A stretch of 64,000 nucleotides of DNA, from positions 150,288,001 through 150,352,000 of the forward strand of contig NC_042999.1 in NCBI RefSeq assembly GCF_006345805.1. The letters are read 5' to 3'. A model generated the notes under the pieces. That model was not told the DNA's origin, searched no databases, and was given only the letters and a program-made list of their open reading frames with translations. The first letter of the stretch is position 1, and the number at the start of each line of letters is the position of its first letter. A program made the position numbers and the translations under genes. Positions 1 through 12,410 of this stretch are shown here, one piece after another. The stretch comes from Octopus sinensis. Taxonomy: Eukaryota.

Positions 1-317
1 TAAATATATTCATTATTCTATGGATGCATTCTCGGTTAGCTTTTTATTATTAAAATTTTTTCTCCCATATCGAAAAGATGGTAACATCTATGCCGACAAC
101 TGGAATTCCAAAAAGGTACTAATATCAAAGAAGAACCAGAGATAAACTCTAGTACATATGCGCATGTGAAATTTCTAGTATTGTTAATTGATATAGAGCT
201 AATCCAGTGTACGCTTGGATAAATATCCCTAGGAAAAAAACCTCTTTCCCCACAGACTTTTATATATCCATACATACATACATACATACGTACGTACGTG
301 TGTGTGTGTGTGCTTTT

Positions 318-518
318 TTATTCTTTTACTTGTTTCAGTCATTTGACTGTGGCCATGCTGGAGCACCACCTTTAGTCAAACAAATTGACTCCAGGACTTA
401 TTCTTTGTAAGCTTAGTAATTAATGTATCGGTCTCTTTTGCCAAATTGCTAAGTTACCGGGACATAAACACACCAGCATCGGTTGTCAAGCAATGGTGGA
501 CACACACACACACAATAT

Positions 519-575
<57 letters not shown>

Positions 576-617
576 CACGATGGGCTTCTTACAGTTTCTG
601 TTTACCAGATCCACTTT
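318..617 (-). mobile_element. SINE family A (tRNA head + CORE-like block + internal (TA/TG)n + 3' module), 3' part
   Basis: Reverse complement of the 3' module seen at 4690-4890 (GGTGCTCCAGCATGGCCACAGTCAAATGACTGAAACAAGTAAAAGA), with an internal (CA)/(TA)n tract. Confidence 0.85.
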
Positions 618-646
618 GCCTGGTATGCTAATGATCCTGCCAGCTT

Positions 647-1014
647 AACAAGAGCACTCAGAGAGTGCAAACCTCTGCCAAGGCAACACCAATGTCCTTT
701 CAACAATTAGCCAGAGATGATTTTTAAAATGAGAATATCTTAAATAAACACGACTGCTCTTACAAATGAGAATACTAAAAATGAACTCAACCGTTCTCAA
801 AAGTTAAGTTAAACAACTGGAAAAATAATCCAGAATCCTTGTCAGGTACTGGATCGATCCCAAAATCTAATCAGTTTGAGCCAGTCATGAGGCCAAACAT
901 CCCTGTAAGTTTCATCCAAATCTATCAGGCGGTTCTTGAGATTCCTGTTCATGGACAAACAAACAAATAAATGTGACTGAAAACAATACCTCCGCCTTTG
1001 CTAAGGCAGCAGTA
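647..1014 (+). mobile_element. Helentron-like non-autonomous element (HINE-like), copy 1
   Basis: Starts AACAAGAGCACTCAGAGAG with subterminal CCTCTGCC. Has an (ACAA)n tract and a 3' stem-loop ACCTCCGCC-TTTGCTAA-GGCAGCAGT, ending in an (AAT)n tract. Second copy at 8619-8983. Family assignment is by architecture only. Confidence 0.6.
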
Positions 1015-1708
1015 ATAATAATAATAATAGTAATAATAATAATTTCTCTCAGGGCTGATATATGAAAAGAGATAGTTTATTGTCAGATAAATTGACTGCA
1101 GAATATTTAGTGTTATTTTATTGACCATGTGGAATATAAAGCGAAAATCATGGTATTAGAACTTGAAGAGCTGGAATAAATACTGCTAAGTATTTTGTCC
1201 ACTGTGTTAATGATTTGGCCAGCTCACAGCCTTTTGACTTGAACTTAGAATGGGAAAGAAACCAAACTAATGGGAATGTTTAGTTTGGTATTCCCTTCAA
1301 ATAATATAATTAACTTGAATAATAATTTTTTTTTTGTTTTTAGTTGTATGCTAGGTCACTTTTAATGGAAGATTAATTAATCATGTCTATCTTAGTAAAA
1401 TACTGGGTCAAAGATGGAAGTCAAAGTTGACTCTAGTACCATTTGAACTAGAAACCAAGGAGGAATGACAACAACAATTATGGATATGTGTTTAGTAATG
1501 CAATTAACCCAGCACTTTGCTCACTTAGCCATCCCAACCCCACTTCACATGTATATAATTTGAACATCACATGACAATGTTAAAGTATATGTGAAAAAAA
1601 TCATATAGATTATAACCAAGTAACCTTCTCTACAATTAAGTACTTCTTGACCCTCACAAAATCTGCAACACACTTTTACATATATGTGAGTATGTAGTTT
1701 TTTTTGTA

Positions 1709-1768
1709 TGTATGTGTTTGTGTAAATGTTTGTGTTATATATATATATATATATGTGTGTATATATAT

Positions 1769-1821
<53 letters not shown>

Positions 1822-1959
1822 ATGTGTAATATATATATATATATATAATGTATGTGTATATATATATATATATGTATGTGTATATATATATATATATGTT
1901 ATGTATATATATATATATAGTATATATGTATGTGTATATATATATTATATGTATATATG

Positions 1960-1998
<39 letters not shown>

Positions 1999-2079
1999 GT
2001 ATATATATATATGTATGTGTATATATATATATGTATGTGTATATATGTATATATGTATGTGTATATATATATATATATG

Positions 2080-2118
<39 letters not shown>

Positions 2119-2167
2119 ATATATATATATATGTATGTGTATATATATATGTATATATATATATATG

Positions 2168-2244
<77 letters not shown>

Positions 2245-2294
2245 ATAATATATATTATGTATGTGTATATATATATATATATTATATATATATG

Positions 2295-2335
<41 letters not shown>

Positions 2336-2433
2336 ATATATATATATATATGTATGTGTATATATATATATATATATATGTATGTGTATATATATATGTA
2401 TGTGTATATATATATGTATGTGTATATATATAT

Positions 2434-2473
<40 letters not shown>

Positions 2474-2572
2474 ATATATATATGTATGTGTATATATATA
2501 TGTATGTGTATATATATTATGTATGTGTATATATATATGTATGTGTATATATATAGTATATATATATATATG

Positions 2573-2611
<39 letters not shown>

Positions 2612-2668
2612 ATATATATATATATATGTATGTGTAATATATATAATATATATATATATATATATGTG

Positions 2669-2737
<69 letters not shown>

Positions 2738-2799
2738 TGTATATATATATGTATGTATATATTATGTATATATATATATATGTGTATATAATATATATA

Positions 2800-2832
<33 letters not shown>

Positions 2833-2835
2833 GTG

Positions 2836-2914
<79 letters not shown>

Positions 2915-3005
2915 GTATGTATATATATATATGTATATATATATAATGTTATATATATATATGTGTGTATATATATATATATATGTAATATATATATATG
3001 TGTAT

Positions 3006-3036
<31 letters not shown>

Positions 3037-3076
3037 GTGTATATATATATATATATGTGTATATATTATATATATA

Positions 3077-3143
<67 letters not shown>

Positions 3144-3285
3144 ATATATGTATATATGTATATATATATATATGTGTATATATATATTAATATTATGTGT
3201 ATATATATATTATATATATATATATATGTATGTGTTATATATATATATATATGTATGTAGTGTATATAATATATATGATGTATGT

Positions 3286-3317
<32 letters not shown>

Positions 3318-3368
3318 ATATATATATATATATATATGTATGTGTATATAATATATATATATGGTATG

Positions 3369-3400
<32 letters not shown>

Positions 3401-3410
3401 GATGTATGTG

Positions 3411-3443
<33 letters not shown>

Positions 3444-4023
3444 ATATATATATATATTGTATGTATGTATATATATATGTATGTATGTATATATATATAT
3501 ATATATGTATGTGTATATATATATATGTATGTGTATATATATATATGTATGTGTATATATATATATATATGATGTATGTAATATATATATATATATGTAT
3601 GTATGTATGTGTATATATATAATGTGTATATATATATATATGTATGTGTATATATATATATGTGTGTATATATATGTATATGTATATATATATGTATGTG
3701 TATATATATATGTGTGTGTATATATATATGTATATGTGTGTGTATATATATATATATGTATATGTATGTGTATATATATATATGTATGTGTGTAATATAT
3801 ATGTATATATATATATGTGTGTATATATATATATATGTATATGTGTGTGTATATATATATATATGTATATGTATGTGTATATATATATATGTATGTGTGT
3901 ATATATATATGTATATATATAATGTGTGTATATATATATATATATGTATTGTATGTGTATATATATATATGTATGTGTATATATATATATATATGTATAT
4001 GTATGTGTATATATATATATATG

Positions 4024-4066
<43 letters not shown>

Positions 4067-4518
4067 ATATATATATATGTATGTGTGTATATATATATAT
4101 ATATATGTATGTGTGTATATATATATATATATGTATGTGTGTATATATATATATATATGTATGTGTGTATATATATTATATGTATGTGTGTATATATATA
4201 TAATATATGTATGTGTGTATATATATATATATGTATGTGTGTATATATATATATATGTATGTGTGTATATATATATATATGTATGTGTGTGTATATATAT
4301 ATATATGTATGTGTGTGTATATATATATATGTATGTGTGTATATATATATATATATATGTATGTGTGTATATATATATATATATGTATGTGTATATATAT
4401 ATATATATGTATGTGTATATATATATATCTTTATGTATGTGTGTATATATATATCTATGTATGTGTGTATATATATATATCTATGTATGTGTATATATAT
4501 ATATATCTTTATGTATGT
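1709..4518. repeat. ~2.8-kb compound (TA)n/(TG)n microsatellite
   Basis: Almost pure alternating pyrimidine-purine sequence with interspersed TGTATGTG-type motifs. It explains all Y/I/C/M/V-rich ORFs in 1.7-4.6 kb. Confidence 0.97.
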
Positions 4519-4890
4519 GTGGCTGTGTGGTAAGTAGCTTGCTAACTAACCACATGGTTCCGGGTTCAGTCCCACTGCGTGGCATCTTGGGCAAGTGTCT
4601 TCTGCTATAGCCCCGGGCTGACCAATGCCTTGTGAGTGGATTTGGTAGACGGAAACTGAAAGAAGCCTGTCGTATATATGTATATATATGTATATGTGTG
4701 TTTGTCCCCCTAGCATTGCTTGACAACCGATGCTGGTGTGTTTACGTCTCCCGTCACTTAGCGGTTCGGCAAAAGTGACCGATAGAATAAGTACTGGGCT
4801 TACAAAGAATAAGTCCCGGGGTCGATTTGCTCGACTAAAGGCAGTGCTCCAGCATGGCCGCAGTCAAATGACTGAAACAAGTAAAAGAGA
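4519..4890 (+). mobile_element. SINE family A, young near-complete copy
   Basis: tRNA-like head GTGGCTGTGTGGTAAG...GGTTCAGTCCC, CTTGGGCAAG block, short (TA/TG) spacer and 3' module. CpGs are retained. Confidence 0.9.
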
Positions 4891-4980
4891 TATATGTATG
4901 TATGTATATATATATTTATATATATTTTTATGTATGTAAGTGTATACATATTTATACATATTTTTATGTATGTATGTGTA

Positions 4981-5028
<48 letters not shown>

Positions 5029-5064
5029 TTATATTATATATGTGTGTGTGTGTGTGTGTGTGTT

Positions 5065-5101
<37 letters not shown>

Positions 5102-5107
5102 TTATAT

Positions 5108-5140
<33 letters not shown>

Positions 5141-5345
5141 TTATTATATATATGTGTGGTGTGTGTGTTTATATTATATATATGTGTGTGTGTTTATATT
5201 ATATATATCTATGTATGTATGTGTATATATTTATATGTATGTATGTATATATATTTATATGTACTTATGTATATATATGTATGTGTGTGTATATATTTGT
5301 ATGTATGTGCATATATTTATATGTGTATATATTTATATGTATGTA
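4890..5345. repeat. Compound microsatellite with (TG)nTTTATATTATATA units
   Basis: Repeated TGTGTGTTTATATTATATA blocks, then TATGTATG variants. Confidence 0.9.
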
Positions 5346-5640
5346 TATCATCATCATTATTGTTTAACGTCCGCTTTCCATACTGGCTTGGGTTGGACGG
5401 TTTGACTGAAGACTGACAAGCCTGAGGCTGTACCAGGCCCCAGTCTGATCTGGCAAGGTTTTCTACTGCTGAATGCCCTTGCTAACACCAACCACTCCGA
5501 GAGTATAGTGGGTGCTTTTTATGTGCTACCGGCACAGGAGCTGGTCAAGCAGCACTGGCATTGACCACGCTCAAATGGTGCTTTTTACGTGTCACCAGCA
5601 TGGGAGCCAGTCAGGTGTCACTGGCAATGACCACAACAAT
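5345..5640 (-). mobile_element. 5'-truncated RTE LINE 3'UTR copy
   Basis: (CAT)n tail, TTAACGTCCGCTTTCCAT..GGGTTGGACGG and ATGCCCTTGCTAACACCAACC core. Same sequence as the UTR that follows the RTE ORF end at 43910-44578. Confidence 0.85.
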
Positions 5641-5737
5641 GATTTTAATTGACTCAACAGGTTTTCAACAGGGGGACAAACGCAGACACACAAACATATA
5701 CGCACACACACACACACACACATACATATATATATAC

Positions 5738-5790
<53 letters not shown>

Positions 5791-5793
<3 letters not shown>

Positions 5794-5958
5794 TACGACG
5801 GGCTTCTTTCAGTTTCCGTCTACCAAATCCACTCACAAGGCTTTGGTCGGCCCGAGGCTATAGTAGAAGACACTTGCCCAAAGTGCCACGCAGTGGGACT
5901 GAACCCGGAACCATGTGGTTGGTAAGCAAGCTACTTACCACACAGCCACTCCTGCGCC
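5791..5958 (-). mobile_element. SINE family A 5' half, young
   Basis: Reverse complement of 4519-4678, with 9 differences in about 159 bp by hand alignment. Confidence 0.92.
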
Positions 5959-6089
5959 TATATATATATATATATATATATATACATACACACACACATG
6001 TATGTATGTATATCTATATTTCTTTTGTTTTTCTTTTATGTGTGTCAGTCAGAGGCTGAGGCCATGCTGGTGCACCACTTTTACTGCAT

Positions 6090-6895
6090 CTGGGGATTTT
6101 TCCAGTATTCATTCTGGTGAAGTAGTGAGTTGGACATTGCCGCTCTTCTTTGTGCTTCCTGCCATGATGTGGGTTTATTCAATAATGCAGATAAAAAAAA
6201 CTGTGTAGACATTTTTTGAAGACTTCCCTGTCGACACCTTGCAGATCCCTGATATTCTATGGTAGGGCATTAAAAACTTGTGGTTCCTTGAATCCTAAGC
6301 TATTAGAATATTCATATCCTCGTTGGAGAAGATAGGACCTTTGGTACTGTGCAGTTCAGGGATTGTTGTAGATCTTGATTCTGATATTTAGAGCTAGACC
6401 CTCCATTATTTTCCATATGTATAATACTATATATCTCTCATGTCTCCTCTCCAGGGAGTAGAGTCCCAGTTCCTTCAACCTCTCCCATAGCCCATGTGTT
6501 TTACTGAGTCTATCTTCTTTGTGTACTGGTGTTGGATTGCTTCTAGTTCCGCAATTATTTTTACACTCTGTGGAGACTATACAGTTGGGAGTAGTAGTCT
6601 AGACGACTGAAGACAAAGGTTCTCAAAAGAAGAAGCCTTGTGTTTCTGTTCCTGGTCCTGAAGGATCTAAGGAGCCAACCTGCCACCTGCCTGCACAGTG
6701 TTGCCGTCTGAGCAATGTGCACATGGGAAGTCGCATCATTACTCATGTGGAATCCCAAGTCACACACTGACTCTAACTCTGGGATTACATTGCCTGCTGG
6801 TCCTATGTACTCCAGCTGTAGTTTGTTTGTGGGCTGACTGCAGAATACTTGAAATTTTGTGCTACTGAACTGTATATTATTATCAACCCATTTAT
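6090..6895 (-). mobile_element. CR1/L2-group non-LTR retrotransposon, decayed 3' ORF2 fragment
   Basis: ORF 6561-6959 contains CDLGFHMSND...AGWLLRSFRTR...FVFSRLDYYSQL. After a frameshift it reads ERLKELGLYSLERRHERY. These match the typical post-RT region of CR1-group LINEs. Confidence 0.85.
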
Positions 6896-6959
6896 ATATT
6901 GTGTTCAGGTATGTGTGTGTGTGTATGTGTACATATATGTATGTGTATATATGTAACAT

Positions 6960-7130
6960 TGCTTGACAACCGATGCTGATGTGTTTATATTCCCGTAACC
7001 TAGCAGTTCAGCAAAAGTAGCCAATAGAATAAGTACTAGGCTTACAAAGAATAAATCCTGGGGTCGATTTGCTCTACTAAAGGCAGTGCTCCAGCATGGC
7101 CACAGTCAAATGACTGAAACAAATAAAAGA
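6960..7130 (+). mobile_element. SINE family A 3' module
   Basis: GCTTGACAACCGATGCTG...AGAATAAGTACTAGGCTTACAAAGAATA...CAAATGACTGAAAC. Confidence 0.85.
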
Positions 7131-8179
7131 ATATGTATGTGTGTGTGTGAATGTATGTATGTGTGTATGTGTTTGAATGTGTTTATATATGTGTGTGTGT
7201 GTGTGTGTGTGTATAGCTTAACTTTGATAGGTTTCAGCTAGTATAGACCCAGGCTATGTCTAACTCAATAGCAGTACCTGGTGAAGTACTTTAGTCATAT
7301 ATGGGTTAGTCATATATGGGGCACCATAGCCCACTCTAACAAAGGGTTATTCATGTTGGAACATATCTGGTGTAACCAACTTACCCCTGCCCCCAAAATT
7401 CAGGCGTTGTGCCTTTAGGAGAAAGGATTGTTTAAAAATTTTGCCGGTTTCTAACTGAAACGTAGCTTGTTGAAGCTTGGTGTCTTTGGTTTCCATCTAC
7501 CAAATCCACTTGGAAGGCTTTGGTCAGCCTGGGGCTATAATAGAAGACAATTGTCCAAAGTGCCATGCAGTGGGACTGAACCTGGGACTGTGTGGTTGGG
7601 AAGTGAACTTTTGCCACCACACCTGCAACAGCAGTGGTGACATTGCTGTGTGTGCTATTTATACTGTTTGTTTTGTTACTCTGTCGTCTTATTTTCAATA
7701 CATTTTTTTCTCATTGTGCAACTGTATTTATGCTTGCAGGTCTATCTGCTTAATTAACTTTCACAGTGGCTCAGTTTCATTTTATTTAAAAATTTCGTTT
7801 AGCCTGTTTTCCTGTTTAAAACTATTGTTGGGTGTGTTTGTTGATGTTATTGAGGTTACAGCTAGTACTACTGTGTCAAACAGCTCTTCCTGTTAATTCT
7901 GAGGCCATTTTCAACCAGAAATGACAATACAAATGGCTACTGTTTGAAAGCATATTTATAACGAAAATCTTCAATTCAGCACCCCCCACACCTTTTTTTT
8001 TTTATCGAGTCCGAACTAATTGGGAGATGGAAAGATGTTCAACTATTCCTAATCCTTTCCTTGTCAAAAAAAAACAAAAAAAAAAAAACACTTTCTCCCA
8101 AACCTTAGCTTTTATGTCAATCCTGTAACAAATCACTTTGAAAAATCTCTGTGAACACATGCATTCATAGCAAACAACA

Positions 8180-8610
8180 ACAACAACAGTAATGGTTTCA
8201 AATTTTGGCATAAGGCCAGCAATTTTTTAGTGGGAGGAGATTTGTGGATTATATCGACTCCAGTGTTTGATTGATACTTTATTTTATGAGCCTTGAACTA
8301 ATTTGAACTCAACATATAAGTAAGAAAAAATACAGCAAAGTATTCTTTGACAACATTCAATGATTATACCTGCTACCTGTCTTAGTAGTAACAACAACAA
8401 CAATAATAGTAATGGTTTCAAATTTTAGCTCAAGACCAACAAATTTGGGTGAGTAGTAAGTTGATTACATCAACTCCAGTGCTCAACTGATATTTATTTT
8501 ATCAACCCCAAAAGTGACTTCTGTGGAATTTGAACTCAAAACATAAAAATGGATGAAATGCCACTATTTCATTTGGCATGCTAACAATTCTGCCAGCTCT
8601 CACCTTAATA
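8180..8610 (-). mobile_element. Tandem decayed SINE family B copies (Meta-domain-like)
   Basis: Two head-to-tail copies of the reverse complement of GAGTTCAAATTCC...GTCGATAAAATAAGTACCAG, separated by (AAC/AAT)n. Confidence 0.7.
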
Positions 8611-8618
8611 ATAATGAT

Positions 8619-8983
8619 AACAAGAACACTCAGAGAGCACAAACCTCTGCCAAGGCAACACCAACATTCTCTCAACAATTAACTAGAGATGATTTTTAAA
8701 ATGAGAATATCTGAAATAAACTCGACTGCTCTCACAACAAGAAACTAAAAATGAACCCAACCACTCTCAAAAATTAAGTAAGAAAAAACAGGAAAAATAA
8801 TCCAGAATCCTTGTCTGGTACTGGATCGATCCCAAAATCTTACCAGTTTGTGCCAGTCATGAGGCCAAACTTCCCTGAAAGTTTCATCTGAATCCATCCA
8901 GCGGTTCTTGAGGTATCTTGTCCACGGACAAACAAACAAACATGACTGAAAACAATACCTGCACTTTTGCTAAAGTAGTGGTA
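8619..8983 (+). mobile_element. Helentron-like non-autonomous element, copy 2
   Basis: Colinear with 647-1014 over its full length (for example TCCAGAATCCTTGTC.GGTACTGGATCGATCCCAAAATCT). Confidence 0.6.
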
Positions 8984-9661
8984 ATAATAATAGTAATAAT
9001 TCTTTCTACTAAAGGCACGAGGCCTAAAATTTTGGGAGAGGCACTAGTTGATTGTGTCAACTCCAGTGCAATTGGTAGTTATTTTATCAACCTCAAAAGA
9101 CACAGTTGATTTTGGCAGTTTGAAGTAGTGGGGGTTGAGTCAAATAATGGGGTTGATGTAATTCACTAACACCCTTTCCACAAGCAAAAGCAAAAAAATG
9201 TTGGCCTTATGCTAGAATTTCAATTTCTATAAATTAAGCACTAGTGAAACTCTGTGGTCGATGTAATTGACCTAACCCCTCCCCCAAATTTCAGGCCTTA
9301 TGCCTATAGTAGAAAATATTATTATTAGTAGTAGTAGTATTAGTAGTATTAAGGTGGTGAGACAGCAGAATCAGTAACCTACTAGACAAAATGTTTAGCT
9401 GCATTTCATCCCTCTGTTATTATTATTATTATTATTATTATTATAATATAAGGTGGCGAGCTGGTTGAATTGTTAGCACATCGGGCGAAATGCTTAGTGG
9501 CATTTTGTCCATCTTTATGTTCTGAGTTCAAATTCTGCCAAGGTTGGCTTTGCCTTTCATCCTTTTGAGGGTCGATAAATCAAGTACCAGTGAGATACTG
9601 GGTCGATGTAATTGACTAGTCCTCTCCCCCCAAATTTCAGGCTTTGTGCCCATAGTAGAAA

Positions 9662-9698
<37 letters not shown>

Positions 9699-9894
9699 CA
9701 TTATTTTGGTTTGGCTCAGGTTCGGTCTTATTTTTGGTAGGATTTATGTGAGAAGTTTGCTTCCCCAACAGACATGATTTCAGGTTATGTCCCACTGCAT
9801 GGCAACTTGGACAAGTGTCTTTTATTTTAGCCTCTGTCTGACCTAAATTTTGCGAGTAAATTTCATACATTGAAACTGAAAGTAGCTCATTGTA

Positions 9895-10115
9895 TGTGTG
9901 TGTGTTTTTCTCCTAGTTCTGACATAGTGTGATAGTTGTAAATGACTGTCACTGGTTTCCAGTATTCTGTAAGATGTTCAGTCAAGGGAAATATTACTTT
10001 GCTTGGAAACAGGTAAGGGTTGGTGGGAGGAAGGACATCCAGAAGTAGAAAATCTGTGTTAACAAGCTCTGTCCAACCCATGCATGCATAGAGAAGTGGA
10101 TCTCAAAATGATGAT
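9895..10115 (+). mobile_element. Non-autonomous RTE-tailed retroposon (family R2)
   Basis: GATAGTTGTAAATGA...GGAAATATTACTTTGCTTGGAAACAGG..GGGTTGG..AGGAAGGACATCC...CCATGC..(ATG)n. Other copies at 14550-14770(-), 17822-18075(+), 31205-31430(-) and 46405-46630(-). Confidence 0.75.
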
Positions 10116-12059
10116 GAGAATAAAAAAAAATATGTCTTTGTCCTGCAATGGGAGACATGACAAATTGTTATCACAGGTTTCCCACCCCAACTTTCTATGT
10201 CTGGTCCTACGTGAGAAGCTGGACAGCTCCCGTGGCCTTAGCCATCAGGAAAATGTATCTAGTTACGTAGATATGTGTGTGTGTGCAATAAGAGATATGA
10301 GGTATCTTGTATGTGAGTAAAGTGCCAAATGCATGTTGGGATTTTATGTAGTGTGATTGTTGTTTTGTCTTTGTTAAGTAGATCTATTGTCAAAAGCATT
10401 CAAGCCAAGATACGCCTGCTTTATTTTCAGAAGTGTATTCCAGCTACATTATCCAATGCAAATGTTTTTAAAGGTGGTAGGTTATGGTTTGAGGGAGATT
10501 TGGCTATTATTTTAAGCAGTTTGATTAATAACCACATTGGACTGCTCTGTGGTTGAAGGGTGATTTGTTAGTAATGTTGCCAGTGTGGTTTGAGTCTTCT
10601 TGCATAGTGTTTCTTTGTTAGTGCTGATGTCTGTGGTGGATATATGATATGGGTTGGATAGGTCATCACAGTCTGAGTCTGTTCATATTTGGAGTTACTG
10701 CTCTCTAGGATGGGTCTAAAAACTACATCCTATTTATGCATTCCATTTTTTACTTGATTTCTACCAGTAGATGCCTTTCCTGTTACTTACCACTTCACAG
10801 TGTGTATTTGGTGGGTTTTATTCTAGCACCAGCATTAGAGTAGTTGGCATGTCCTCCGCCAGACTAAAAATTGTTCCTACATTGTTTCTACTTGTTTACC
10901 AGCCATTTTACTGAATGGACTGGGTGCATTTTGTCATCGTGCCTGCATTGGTGAAGTTGCCTTGTACATTGTAAGGTCAAAGATTTGCTCCAGCTTCTGA
11001 CTCATAGACATGTTATTTCCTCTCTCTGTCTTTTGTACTGCTACTGTAATAGCCTCTGCTCCTCAGAACTAGTTGGGTGGGTTCTTATCACTTTCTCTCA
11101 AGTGTTCTTGACCCACTCCTCATTTCTCCTCTCATTATCCCTATTGTATCCAACCCCTTAGGCCCTACACTAATCATTATTCCCAGTTCTTTCCCAGAGT
11201 GTCAACTCCCTGCAATTCCTTCCCTGCTTGTACCTTTCTGCAGGCATTGGAGCATTACTGGCATCAGTCTTATTAATCTAGGAGAGCCTGCAAAGTCATG
11301 GGCACTGCCCCTTCCTCCAACCCCAGGAAGTAAAAAGCAAAAAAAACAAAAGGAGTTCTCATAACTCTACAATATGTATGTTCACTCAAAGGAATGTGCT
11401 GAAGAGAGTAAATAGAAGGGAGAAAGAGAGGGACAGAGAGCAATAGAGAAGAAAGACCAGGATGAATGGGTAAAGAGAGCCATAATATAATAGTAGAAAA
11501 ATAATGACTGGAATGAAATTGTAGAGGGGAGAGTGATGTGTAGAAATAGACCTCTGTTTCTATTCTTATACTGGTGAGAGAATGAGGTGACCCAAGGGAG
11601 CAGGGATGATGATTGGCAATACAAAAAGGGTGATAGTAGAATGTATCGGATACAAACAGATCTGAGGCAGGTTCAGAGGTAAGAAATGTGTGATTTGTTT
11701 GTAGGTTCCTTCTTTTTGTTCACTTGGTCCACATTGATTGAGTTGTTAATTCAGGCTGTGCTCTGTTGGAGTTTCAGTCAATCCTCAAAGTCCATCTGCA
11801 AACCATTTAAAAAGTTTTCATGCTTGCCCCACTTTTGCTACCCTTTTTCAGCTCAGGGTCATAGCAACATTGTCCCCTTAAAATAGCACCAACACACATT
11901 GATATACACTAAACATATCTCAAGGAAAGATTTGACCTAGTGACCTTATCTAGGACCTTATTTCATCTGTTCAACTCCACAAAACATAGAGAAAAGTATT
12001 GGCTTGTTGATTGACTTCTGGTTTAGAAAAAGATTAACTTTCAATTTAATTTGGTGTCA

Positions 12060-12410
12060 CATAAACGGGTTCATTCCCACTGCATGGCACCTTGGGCAAG
12101 TGTCTTCTACTATAGCCTCGGGCCAACCAAAGCCTTGTGAGTGGATTTGGTAGACAGAAACTGAAAGAAGCCCGTCATATATGTATATATGTATGTGTGT
12201 GTGTCTGTGTTTGTCCTCCCAACATCGCTTGACAACCGATGGTGGTGTGTTTACATCCTCGTAACTTAGCAGTTCAGCAATAGAGACTGATAGAATAAGT
12301 ACTAGGCTTACAAAGAATAAGTCCTAGGGTCGAGTTACTCGACTAAAGGTGGTGCTCCAGCATGGCCACAGTCAAATGACTGAAACAAGTAAAAGAGTAA
12401 AAGAGTATAA
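12060..12410 (+). mobile_element. SINE family A
   Basis: CACCTTGGGCAAGTGTCTTCTACTATAGCC block and complete 3' module. Confidence 0.88.

Noticed and set aside
1712-5416. Long ORFs of up to 409 aa rich in Y/I/C/M/V
   Set aside because: They are translations of (TA)n/(TG)n repeats, which lack stop codons in some frames.
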